Of a stretch of 64,000 bases of DNA, positions 18,420 through 27,283 are shown piece after piece. A program made the translations under genes and the position numbers. The notes under the pieces were generated by a model. The model saw only the letters and a program-made list of their open reading frames with translations. It ran no database searches and was not told the origin of the DNA. Origin of the DNA: Bacteroidota bacterium. GTDB taxonomy: Bacteria > Bacteroidota > Bacteroidia > CAILMK01 > JACPUW01. Numbering within the stretch: position 1 is the stretch's first letter; the number at the start of each line of letters is the position of its first letter. The stretch is from NCBI GenBank assembly GCA_016192035.1, contig JACPUW010000030.1:6322-70321 (forward strand). The letters are read 5' to 3'.

Positions 18420-19901
18420 ATGAAAAGAGCGGAAAAGGATGTCCGGGACTATGTTTTTCATATCCTACTATCCAAACCTTGGTTGGGCGCGGGTTTGTTG
18501 GTGCTGGTAAACTTACTTTTTCGTTTGCCCGAAACCGGTACACCGAGCATTTGGCTTGATGAGGCACAGACCATGTACCAGGTGCAGAGGGATATAGCAT
18601 CTATACTGGAAGACTATGTAAAACAGCAACAAAACGCGCCGCTCTATTTCATCCTTGTACATGTCTGGGTTAAGTTGTTTGGGGTTAGCGTGTTTGCCGT
18701 ACGCCTGTTTTCGGTGTTGTGCATGGCACTGGCCGGAGGGGTACTCTATGTGTTCGCCAGGAGGCTTCACTCCCTGGGGTTTGCCCTTGGTGTGTCGTTG
18801 TTGTTTTTGGGAGTCAATGATTTTATGTTTTTTGCCCATGAAGCCAGGGGCTACGCATGTATTGGATTTGAGGCGGTATTGAGTTATTTCTTTTTTTATC
18901 AACTACTTACCCGTCCCAAATGGACATACGCCCTGGCACTTGGACTGGCCAACCTGGCCTTGCTCTACACACATTACCTTACCGTATATCTGTTGCTTGC
19001 CCAGGGTGTTGTCACCATCTATTGGTGGTTACTGGCCAAAGACCGGAAATCGTTTAAGCTCTATGTCTTGGCACATGTAGGAGTAGTGTTGCTGTTTCTT
19101 CCCTGGCTGAGCGTCGTTATGTCGGTTATGCCCGAGAAAGGGAATTTTTGGATACCTGAATCCAGTTGGGGCCAGCTACAAAACGTATATTACTATTTGA
19201 TAAAGGGTAGGCACCGCACGTATTGGGTCTTTGGTTTTTTGGCGCTGTCGGTCCTATGGTGGCTATGGAAAGGGAGGACCAAGGCCCCTGAGGAGCGACT
19301 CGCCTATACAATGTTGTTTCTATGGGCATTTTTTCCTGTATTGACCAATTACTTCGTGGGCTTTAAGGTGCCGGTGTTTTTGGCCAAATACACCTTCTAC
19401 GCATCCATGGGTTTCCTCATGTTTTTTGCTTATAGCATGATGTCAATGCCCCTGCCGCGCTGGGTGATTGCCCTCCTTTTTGGGTGTTGTATCTTTTATA
19501 ATTTTAAGTCACTACATTTTTATTCCGCAAAGGAAGAAGATTGGAAATCGGCCATAGAGTATGTTAAGGAGAAACACCAACCGTCAGAGACACTGGTATT
19601 TGCCCAACGCAGCTATGTATATAAAGCCTTCTATGTGTACTATGACCCTATAGCTTTTGCCTCCACGCCCAACATACCTCACCATGCCCGCAGCAAACAG
19701 ATTTTTTTTGGAGACTCAGTCAGCGAAATGGAAAAGGCCATTGAAGAGGTGCAACCCAAACGGGTGGTGTATTTGAGGTCACATTGGATTAGGGAGCCAG
19801 AGGGCGACCCCATAGAGAACTACCTAAAGGGCCAGGGTGAGCTGGTGTCACAACTTGAGGATCCCACTAAGGTTGAGGTATTTGAGTATGTCCTGCCCTA
19901 G
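18420..19901 (+). CDS. GT-C fold glycosyltransferase, family 39/83 (ArnT/PMT-like)
   Basis: 493 aa with an N-terminal multi-TM domain and an early DE-containing loop (IWLDEAQT), as in ArnT/PMT_2, plus a C-terminal soluble domain. Confidence 0.65.
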   Translation: MKRAEKDVRDYVFHILLSKPWLGAGLLVLVNLLFRLPETGTPSIWLDEAQTMYQVQRDIASILEDYVKQQQNAPLYFILVHVWVKLFGVSVFAVRLFSVLCMALAGGVLYVFARRLHSLGFALGVSLLFLGVNDFMFFAHEARGYACIGFEAVLSYFFFYQLLTRPKWTYALALGLANLALLYTHYLTVYLLLAQGVVTIYWWLLAKDRKSFKLYVLAHVGVVLLFLPWLSVVMSVMPEKGNFWIPESSWGQLQNVYYYLIKGRHRTYWVFGFLALSVLWWLWKGRTKAPEERLAYTMLFLWAFFPVLTNYFVGFKVPVFLAKYTFYASMGFLMFFAYSMMSMPLPRWVIALLFGCCIFYNFKSLHFYSAKEEDWKSAIEYVKEKHQPSETLVFAQRSYVYKAFYVYYDPIAFASTPNIPHHARSKQIFFGDSVSEMEKAIEEVQPKRVVYLRSHWIREPEGDPIENYLKGQGELVSQLEDPTKVEVFEYVLP

Positions 19902-19902
19902 C

Positions 19903-20466
19903 TCAGTTCCAATCGGGTTTTTTTGGGCTCTTGGCCAGTAGCGCGTACCTGCCTCCTTTTTTGCGTAGGGCTTCCTCCCATATGCTCACCTCTTGAGGGC
20001 TAAAAATTAGTTCATCCATGCCGCGAAGCACTATCCAACTGCCCTGCGCCATTTCTTCATCAAGTTGTCCTGCTTCCCAGCCGGAGTATCCCAAAAACAG
20101 CTTCAGGTCGCGGTGATCGGCGTTTTTGTTGATAAGCAAGTATTTGATTTGCTCAAAATCGCCACCCCAATAGGTGTGCCGGGCTATAAACCGGCTGTCC
20201 CGTACGTGGTCGCCCAATTGGTGCAACACATATAGCGTGTCACTGCCCACTGGCCCACCGGCATATAGGGGGAAATCCAGTTCCTCGGTTTGTTCGGTGT
20301 GGATCACATCTTTGAGCGATAGCCCCAGCGGCTGGTTCACCACAAATCCGATACTCCCATTAGGGCCGTGTTCGGCTAGGTAAACTACAGACCGATAAAA
20401 GTTTGTGTCGGGCAGAAAGGGCTCTGCCAGTATAAAGTCGCCCGATTTGACCCTGTAGGTACTCAT
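19903..20466 (-). CDS. YqgE/AlgH family protein (UPF0301)
   Basis: About 187 aa beginning MSTYRVKSGDFILAEPFLPDTNFYRSVVYLAEHGPNGSIGFVVNQP, which matches the AlgH/YqgE N-terminal signature. The ORF-track start at 20553 is rejected. Confidence 0.75.
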   Translation of the reverse strand: MSTYRVKSGDFILAEPFLPDTNFYRSVVYLAEHGPNGSIGFVVNQPLGLSLKDVIHTEQTEELDFPLYAGGPVGSDTLYVLHQLGDHVRDSRFIARHTYWGGDFEQIKYLLINKNADHRDLKLFLGYSGWEAGQLDEEMAQGSWIVLRGMDELIFSPQEVSIWEEALRKKGGRYALLAKSPKKPDWN

Positions 20467-20761
20467 TGGAGGTTGGCCTGCAAAAGAAAGAAGAAAGTGG
20501 CCATGTAGGTTCCTTGCAATGGGAATTTTTTTACCGATGGTTTTCCGGGCCAACCATTGGACCGGTGCTCAAGCCTGAGTAGCTTCATGCGCATCAGGGC
20601 CTGGCAAATTGGGTTTGAAATACAGGTAGTTGTGCAAATGCCCGAAAAACACTTAACCGTAACCAAACCATAGCTTAATATTCGTAACGGTAGCATAACA
20701 TATCCTTCAAACTGCCGTAACAGGGCCCCGATACCTTCGCATCAAAATTAACCGAATAGAA

Positions 20762-22432
20762 ATGAGAAAAGTGTACTTGACCCTGTTGGCAGCCCTTGGC
20801 TTTATGGCCGTTAATGCCGCCGACATCACAAAGAAAGATGAAATCAAGAGTGATGAAACCTGGACAAAAAGCAACACCTACTTCCTTGATGGATTTGTGT
20901 TGGTGACCAATGGTGCTACCCTTACCATAGAAGCGGGTACGGTAATCAAAGGCTTGGCTGCCGACAACATTACCTCTGGCGATGCGGCTGCCGCCCTCAT
21001 TATTGGCCGTGGTGCCAAGATTATGGCAGAAGGTACTGCTACCGAGCCCATCATCTTCACTTCTGAGCTTGATGATGTGAACGATGCAAATGACCTGAAC
21101 CTGTCAGACCCCAACGAATCCCGCTCACTATGGGGTGGCTTGGTGCTTTTGGGCAATGCGCCCATCGGTTCCACCGCTTCTGAGATTGTGGTAGAAGGCC
21201 TTCCAAACGAAGACCGTTACAAGTTTGGCGGCACCAATGCAGCCGACAATTCAGGCGTACTCCGCTTTATCTCTATCCGCCATTCTGGCTACGAGATAGC
21301 AGCCGACTCAGAACTTCAAGGCCTGAGCCTTGGCGGTGTGGGTAGCGGCACCACCATTGAGTATGTAGAGTCTTTCTTTTCTGGCGATGACGGTGTGGAG
21401 TTCTTTGGCGGTACGGTTGATGTACGCTACTGGGTTTCTTCGTTTAACGATGACGATGGCTTGGACTGGGACGAAGGATACCGAGGCAGGATCCAGTTTG
21501 CACTGGTAATTGGCGACTCTAAGCGCGGCGACCATGGTGCTGAGTGCGATGGCGCAAAACCTGACGACAACGCCCTGTACTCTGCGCCACAAGTGTATAA
21601 CGTGACCTTTATAGGTGGTTATGAAAACGCCACCAACTCGGGTGCCAAAAACGAGCATGGCATGGTGCTGCGAGATGGTACGGGTGGCGTAATTGCCAAC
21701 TCTATCATAACCGAATACAACAACTACGCACTACAGGTAGAAGACAGGGCCGAAACCTTTGACTCTTACTCTAAAATGAAGAATGGTGATTTGGAATTCA
21801 TCAATAACTACTGGTACTCTTTTGGCGCAGGTTCTTCTTGGAACGATATTATCCTTGCTACCCCTGAAAAAGCACGCGAAACAGATGCCGCTAGCTTGAA
21901 AACGCACTTGGCCAACAACAACAACACCATAGCCAATCCCGGTATCACCAGCACTTCCAGGACATCCAACTTCAACCCTACCCTGAAGTCGGGTTCAGCC
22001 ACCCTAACCGGCGGTAAGCCATTGGTTGACGATGAGTGGTTCTACAACGTGCCTTTTATCGGTGCCTTTAACGGCGAAACCGATGAGTGCTGGATAAAAG
22101 GATGGACTGCCATGGACCACCACGGAATGTTGGCCAGCGGTTTGACCTACGGTGGCATTACTTCTATAGAAAATGCCAACCTGAAGTATTTCGGTGTATA
22201 TCCCAACCCTGCCAACGAGGTGGTGTATGTGGACTTGAACCTGGAAGTATCAGAAAACGTACAAGTTAGACTGCTTGACCTGAGTGGCCGTGTGGTGATG
22301 AACGTAGCCAGTGGCAGCATGGAAGGCATTTCTAAGCTTACCATAAATACCGAAAACCTGAACAAAGGCACTTACTTCATCCAAATCAACGGTGTAAGGA
22401 CTGCCTTGACCCAAAGATTGATGTTGCAATAA
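20762..22432 (+). CDS. Secreted protein with a T9SS type A C-terminal sorting domain (556 aa, function unknown)
   Basis: Signal peptide MRKVYLTLLAALGFMAVNA. The C-terminus FGVYPNPANEVVYVDLN...GTYFIQINGVRTALTQRLMLQ is a Por/T9SS CTD. Confidence 0.7.
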   Translation: MRKVYLTLLAALGFMAVNAADITKKDEIKSDETWTKSNTYFLDGFVLVTNGATLTIEAGTVIKGLAADNITSGDAAAALIIGRGAKIMAEGTATEPIIFTSELDDVNDANDLNLSDPNESRSLWGGLVLLGNAPIGSTASEIVVEGLPNEDRYKFGGTNAADNSGVLRFISIRHSGYEIAADSELQGLSLGGVGSGTTIEYVESFFSGDDGVEFFGGTVDVRYWVSSFNDDDGLDWDEGYRGRIQFALVIGDSKRGDHGAECDGAKPDDNALYSAPQVYNVTFIGGYENATNSGAKNEHGMVLRDGTGGVIANSIITEYNNYALQVEDRAETFDSYSKMKNGDLEFINNYWYSFGAGSSWNDIILATPEKARETDAASLKTHLANNNNTIANPGITSTSRTSNFNPTLKSGSATLTGGKPLVDDEWFYNVPFIGAFNGETDECWIKGWTAMDHHGMLASGLTYGGITSIENANLKYFGVYPNPANEVVYVDLNLEVSENVQVRLLDLSGRVVMNVASGSMEGISKLTINTENLNKGTYFIQINGVRTALTQRLMLQ

Positions 22433-22474
22433 CATCCTGTAATCTGATAACATACCTTGTTCCCATACAGAAAG

Positions 22475-22507
22475 CTCCCCGTGACATTTCGCGGGGAGTT
22501 TTTTTAC
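22475..22507 (+). terminator. Rho-independent terminator
   Basis: A ctccccg/cggggag stem with a 10-nt loop, followed by T7, 43 nt after the stop codon. Confidence 0.6.
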
Positions 22508-22538
22508 TAGTTAGCAAACAATTACATTCTCACATAAC

Positions 22539-25469
22539 ATGCTAAGAACGCTACTTTTACTCACCACCTTTTTTAACTCTGGGATACTGCTGGCCCAGAA
22601 CGGTGTACTTACCGGTAAGTTATACGATGCCGTGAACGGCGAAGGCCTCATAGGAGCCAATGTGTATCTCACCGACAACGTAACCGTGGGTACCATCACC
22701 GATTTTGAAGGAAACTTTTCCTTTTCGGTACCCGCTGGTAATTATAGCGTTACGGCTTCATACATAGGCTATGACAACATGGTGCGCCAAGGGGTTGTGG
22801 TAGGGGCAGGCCAAACCGTTACCCTGGTTTTCCCCATGGGTGAGAGCTCCATAAAAATGGAAGAGGTAGTGATAGAAACCAAAAGGACAGAAAACACGGA
22901 AATCGCTATACTGGCCCAGCGGCGCAATGCAGTGGCGGTAATGGACGGTATTTCAGGCCAAGAAATTAGCCGATCGACCTCAAGCAACGTGGGCGATGCG
23001 GTAAAACAAGTAACCGGCGCATCGGTAGAGGGCGGCAAGTACATGGTGGTGCGCGGACTGGGCGACCGATACTCTATAACCCAGCTGAACGGGGTAACGT
23101 TACCCAGCACCGACCCGTACAGAAACGCGACCAGTCTTGACCTTATTCCAGCTTTTATGCTCGATAACGTAATGACAACCAAAACGTTTACACCCGATCA
23201 ACCCGGAAGCTTTACTGGGGGCAACATGAATATTAAAACCAAATCATTTCCCGATAAACTCTTTGTAAACCTGGGTATTAGCACATCCTACAATACCTTG
23301 GGGAATTTGCAAAAAGGCATTATAGCCCGAAACGGTGGCTCGGATCAACTGCCCGATATGATCTATGACCAGATAAGGCTGCCGGCCAATGAGTCCGTAT
23401 TCGGGTTTAGCTACAGGTTTTATGCAAAAAAGGATTATATAAAGGGGATACCAGGCGCCGAAGACAAATTGCTCCTGCTCAATGAGGTAAATCAAACACT
23501 GAACACCCCCCTCACCTTGGGCCAAATGAACACCCCACTGAATTACTCTGCCAGTGCCAGTGTGGGCAATAACCTCAAGATTGGCGAGAACAAGTTGGGC
23601 TATGTGTTGGGCATTCGCTATTCCAAGTCCTATTCTTACTATGAAAACGGCCTTTCGGCACGATTTATCACGGGCGGCGACCAATTGCAACGGCTATATG
23701 AATATAGTGACCAACAGTCGGAGGTCAATGAAACCGTGGGTGCCTTTGCCAACATAGCCTATCAGTTTGCCAAGAACCATGAAATATCCGTAACGGGTAT
23801 GTTTAACCAAGGTAACCGGGATTTGGCCAGGTACCAGGAAGGCGTGCGCGACGAAACCGGAACGGCCAACCTCTTCCAGACCCGCACCCAAGGTTTTAGC
23901 CAGCGTGACATGATCAACGGACAATTGAATGGCAAGCATAGGTTGGCCAATGGAAAACTAAAGGTAGAGTGGACTGCGGGTGTTACAGGAAGTGGTCAGT
24001 ACGAACCTGATTTGCGCTTCTTTGCCAACCACGTGTCTTACCACTACGATGATGTGGCAGGCAATGAAGAGGTAAGGATTGACAAGAGTTCCTATGGTTT
24101 GCCAAACCATTTCTTTAGGGAGCTGGAAGACAGGCAGTATGATGCCAAATTGGACTTAGAGTTGCCATTGGGCGACAGCAAGGTCAATAAGATAAAGTTT
24201 GGGGGCTTGTACTCCAACAAGGTGCGCGATTTTAATGAGTATCGTCTAAAACTCAATGAAATAGATCAAAATGTGTATCTAAATAGCCTTGCTCCTTACG
24301 GCCAAGAATGGGGCACCGTGTTTAACTCCTATAACATAGGGTTTGGTTTTGATGATTCCACCGAAAACCTGGTCCACTTTAACGATACCAGAAGGGAAAA
24401 CCAGTACAACGGCACAGAGCGCATGGCAGCGGGATATGCCATGCTGATTTATGCCTTGTCCGACAAAGTAAAACTGGTAACAGGTGCCCGGATCGAATCC
24501 ACGGTAATAGAGATTCGCCCGGGAGAAATTGGCTTGGACGATGCCGATACCGCAAAGGCGCTCGGGGGCATTTACCGAAACTCGTTTGCCAAGATGTTTT
24601 CAAACGATACCCTGAACCAAGGCATGGATTTTTTGCCGGCCATTAACCTAATCGTCACCCTTAGCGAAAGGTCAAACATGCGCCTATCCTTTTCCAAGAC
24701 CATAGCCCGGCCCAACATGCGCGAGTTGGCCCCCTTCTTTTCTTTCGACTTTTTGGGCGGCTATCTCTACCAAGGCAATCCCGACCTGCAGAGGACCACA
24801 GTTTATAACTACGACTTCAGGTATGAGTTGTTTACCCGCCCGGGTGAAATGATTTCCGCATCGGCCTACTATAAGCGATTTAACAACCCCATAGTGAAGG
24901 AGTTTTCCGTAAGCACCTCACAGATTTCAGGTATTGTATTGTTTATCAATCAAGACGTGGCACATGTGGCCGGTTTGGAACTGGAGTACAGAAAAAACCT
25001 GGATGTAGTGAGCGACAGGCTCAGGAACTATCGCTTCAGCACCAACATGTCATACATCTACTCTAGGGTTGACAAGTCGCTCGAAGAAATTGAGGCCGTT
25101 AAGGTGATTAATCCCGATGCCAAGCCTTATCGCCCATTTGCCGGACAATCGCCTTACTTGTTTAACACCAACCTAAGCTATAGGAACGATTCATCCAAAC
25201 TGGAGTCCAACCTGGCGTTTAACTTATTCGGTCCTAGGCTGGTGGAATTGGGATTTGCAGGTACGCCCGACATCATGGAGCAGCCCAGGCCCACGCTTGA
25301 CTTTAACATGAGCAAGGATTTTGGCAAACACTTTTCTGCCAATCTGAGCATACAGAACATACTGAATGCCAAGTTTAGGACTACCCAGAACTTCCTGGGC
25401 AACGTGTATGACAATGACCGAAACCTTATAGGTAGGACCATCGGACTCAAGTTGTCATACAAACTCTAG
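22539..25469 (+). CDS. TonB-dependent receptor with an N-terminal carboxypeptidase-regulatory-like domain
   Basis: 976 aa with a signal peptide, a CarbOxypepD_reg-like region (GKLYDAVNGEGLIGANVYL), a plug domain (VVRGLGDRYSITQLNG) and a C-terminal beta-barrel. Confidence 0.85.
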   Translation: MLRTLLLLTTFFNSGILLAQNGVLTGKLYDAVNGEGLIGANVYLTDNVTVGTITDFEGNFSFSVPAGNYSVTASYIGYDNMVRQGVVVGAGQTVTLVFPMGESSIKMEEVVIETKRTENTEIAILAQRRNAVAVMDGISGQEISRSTSSNVGDAVKQVTGASVEGGKYMVVRGLGDRYSITQLNGVTLPSTDPYRNATSLDLIPAFMLDNVMTTKTFTPDQPGSFTGGNMNIKTKSFPDKLFVNLGISTSYNTLGNLQKGIIARNGGSDQLPDMIYDQIRLPANESVFGFSYRFYAKKDYIKGIPGAEDKLLLLNEVNQTLNTPLTLGQMNTPLNYSASASVGNNLKIGENKLGYVLGIRYSKSYSYYENGLSARFITGGDQLQRLYEYSDQQSEVNETVGAFANIAYQFAKNHEISVTGMFNQGNRDLARYQEGVRDETGTANLFQTRTQGFSQRDMINGQLNGKHRLANGKLKVEWTAGVTGSGQYEPDLRFFANHVSYHYDDVAGNEEVRIDKSSYGLPNHFFRELEDRQYDAKLDLELPLGDSKVNKIKFGGLYSNKVRDFNEYRLKLNEIDQNVYLNSLAPYGQEWGTVFNSYNIGFGFDDSTENLVHFNDTRRENQYNGTERMAAGYAMLIYALSDKVKLVTGARIESTVIEIRPGEIGLDDADTAKALGGIYRNSFAKMFSNDTLNQGMDFLPAINLIVTLSERSNMRLSFSKTIARPNMRELAPFFSFDFLGGYLYQGNPDLQRTTVYNYDFRYELFTRPGEMISASAYYKRFNNPIVKEFSVSTSQISGIVLFINQDVAHVAGLELEYRKNLDVVSDRLRNYRFSTNMSYIYSRVDKSLEEIEAVKVINPDAKPYRPFAGQSPYLFNTNLSYRNDSSKLESNLAFNLFGPRLVELGFAGTPDIMEQPRPTLDFNMSKDFGKHFSANLSIQNILNAKFRTTQNFLGNVYDNDRNLIGRTIGLKLSYKL

Positions 25470-25496
25470 CAAAAATCCCTGTGCACTAAGCCATAA

Positions 25497-25520
25497 CAAA
25501 GCCCCGCAATAGCGGGGCTT
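25497..25520 (+). terminator. Probable intrinsic terminator with a weak T-tail
   Basis: An aaagccccgc-aata-gcggggcttt hairpin 28 nt after the stop. Confidence 0.4.
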
Positions 25521-25538
25521 TGTGCGTATGGGCTGCCA

Positions 25539-27107
25539 GTGAATATATTTGGCCAACTAAAGCAAGAAATGCTGGTAAAAACTTACGGGTCTGCCGTATT
25601 TGGTGTGGACGCCATCACCATTACCATAGAGGTGAACGTGAGCACGGGCACGCAGTTCTTCTTGGTAGGACTGCCCGATAGTGCAGTGAAGGAGAGCGCT
25701 TTTAGGGTTGAAGCGGCCCTCAAGCACAACGACTACTTTGTTACCCGAAAGAAAGTGGTGGTAAACATGGCGCCGGCCGACATTAAGAAGGAGGGTTCCG
25801 CTTTTGACCTGCCCATAGCCATCGGCATGTTGGCGGCCACCGAACAGGTACAAGAACACCGCCTTGCGGAGTATATCATCATGGGCGAACTGTCCCTGGA
25901 TGGCTCGCTGAGGCCCATAAAAGGGGCGCTACCCATAGCCATTCAGGCGCGCAAGGAAAAGTATAAGGGGCTTATGGTGCCAAAGTCAAATGCACGGGAG
26001 GCCGCCATAGTACACGGTATAGATGTCTATGGGGTAGAGCATATTAATGAAATAGTGGGGTTTTTTAATGGAACCACCAGCCTAGCACCTGAAATCGTGC
26101 ATACCAGGGAGGAATTCTTTAGCAACATAGACAATCTGGCGGCTGATTTCAATGAGGTAAAAGGGCAGGAAAACATCAAACGGGCCCTGGAAATAGCGGC
26201 GGCGGGCGGACACAACGTGATACTGGTAGGCCCGCCAGGGGCTGGAAAAACCATGTTGGCCAAGCGATTGCCTTCCATACTGCCTCCGCTCAACCTGCAT
26301 GAGGCACTGGAAACCACCAAGATTCACTCGGTAGCAGGTATTTTGCCTAAGGACGCATCACTTATCACCCAGCGGCCTTTCCGTTCGCCACACCACACGG
26401 TGTCTGACGTAGCCCTGGTGGGGGGCGGGTCGTACCCACAGCCAGGGGAAATTTCGCTGGCGCACAATGGGGTACTGTTTTTGGACGAATTGCCTGAATT
26501 TAAGCGCACTGTGCTTGAGGTGCTCCGGCAACCCCTGGAAGAGCGACAGGTAACGATTTCGAGGGCCAAGATTTCAGTTACCTACCCTGCCAGCCTTATG
26601 CTGGTGGCCAGTATGAACCCTTGCCCTTGTGGATACTATAACCACCCCGAAAAAGAATGTGTGTGCGCACCGGGTACGGTGCAGCGCTACCTCAACCGCA
26701 TATCGGGGCCACTGCTAGATAGGATAGACCTACACGTGGAGGTGGTGCCCGTTTCATTTGATGAGCTGTCAAAGGAGTACAAATCGGAGGGTAGCCTGGA
26801 GGTGCGCGAACGGGTGATCGTGGCCAGGAAAATCCAAGAGGCGCGGTTTAAGGAGAGCAATGGGGTGTTTTTTAACGCCCAAATGGGTACCAGGGAAGTG
26901 AGGAAGGTATGCGAGATCAATACGGCGGGCCAGAATCTATTAAAGACGGCCATGACCAAGCTGAACCTTTCGGCCAGGGCGTATGACCGCATCCTAAAGG
27001 TTTCGCGCACCATAGCCGACCTGGCCTCAAGTGAGCATATCCGCATAGAACACTTGGCCGAAGCCATTCAGTACCGCAGCCTGGATAGGGAGAATTGGGC
27101 GGGGTAG
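25539..27107 (+). CDS. comM: YifB/ComM family Mg-chelatase-like AAA+ ATPase
   Basis: Walker A GPPGAGKT, Walker [10 protein letters not shown] and a ChlI-like C-terminus. 522 aa. Confidence 0.85.
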   Translation: MNIFGQLKQEMLVKTYGSAVFGVDAITITIEVNVSTGTQFFLVGLPDSAVKESAFRVEAALKHNDYFVTRKKVVVNMAPADIKKEGSAFDLPIAIGMLAATEQVQEHRLAEYIIMGELSLDGSLRPIKGALPIAIQARKEKYKGLMVPKSNAREAAIVHGIDVYGVEHINEIVGFFNGTTSLAPEIVHTREEFFSNIDNLAADFNEVKGQENIKRALEIAAAGGHNVILVGPPGAGKTMLAKRLPSILPPLNLHEALETTKIHSVAGILPKDASLITQRPFRSPHHTVSDVALVGGGSYPQPGEISLAHNGVLFLDELPEFKRTVLEVLRQPLEERQVTISRAKISVTYPASLMLVASMNPCPCGYYNHPEKECVCAPGTVQRYLNRISGPLLDRIDLHVEVVPVSFDELSKEYKSEGSLEVRERVIVARKIQEARFKESNGVFFNAQMGTREVRKVCEINTAGQNLLKTAMTKLNLSARAYDRILKVSRTIADLASSEHIRIEHLAEAIQYRSLDRENWAG

Positions 27108-27222
27108 TGAACGCAATACAAAGCGGGTAGATGTAATAAATAGGCTAATTGCTACAAGGGAAGTGGAGAGCCGGATAACCCCTAGCTGCCCCACCTTATG
27201 TGCAATCTGGGCAGCTAGCTAC

Positions 27223-27251
27223 AAAAAAAAAGCCCTGGCGGGGCCAGGGCT
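27223..27251 (-). terminator. Rho-independent terminator for the minus-strand gene ending at 27284. It may be bidirectional together with the upstream inverted repeat.
   Basis: A9 on the plus strand followed by the hairpin agccctggc-ggg-gccagggct. This reads as a hairpin plus U-run on the minus strand. Confidence 0.6.
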
Positions 27252-27283
27252 TGTGTAGGGGGTGGTGTGTGCGTAGGGATTTC

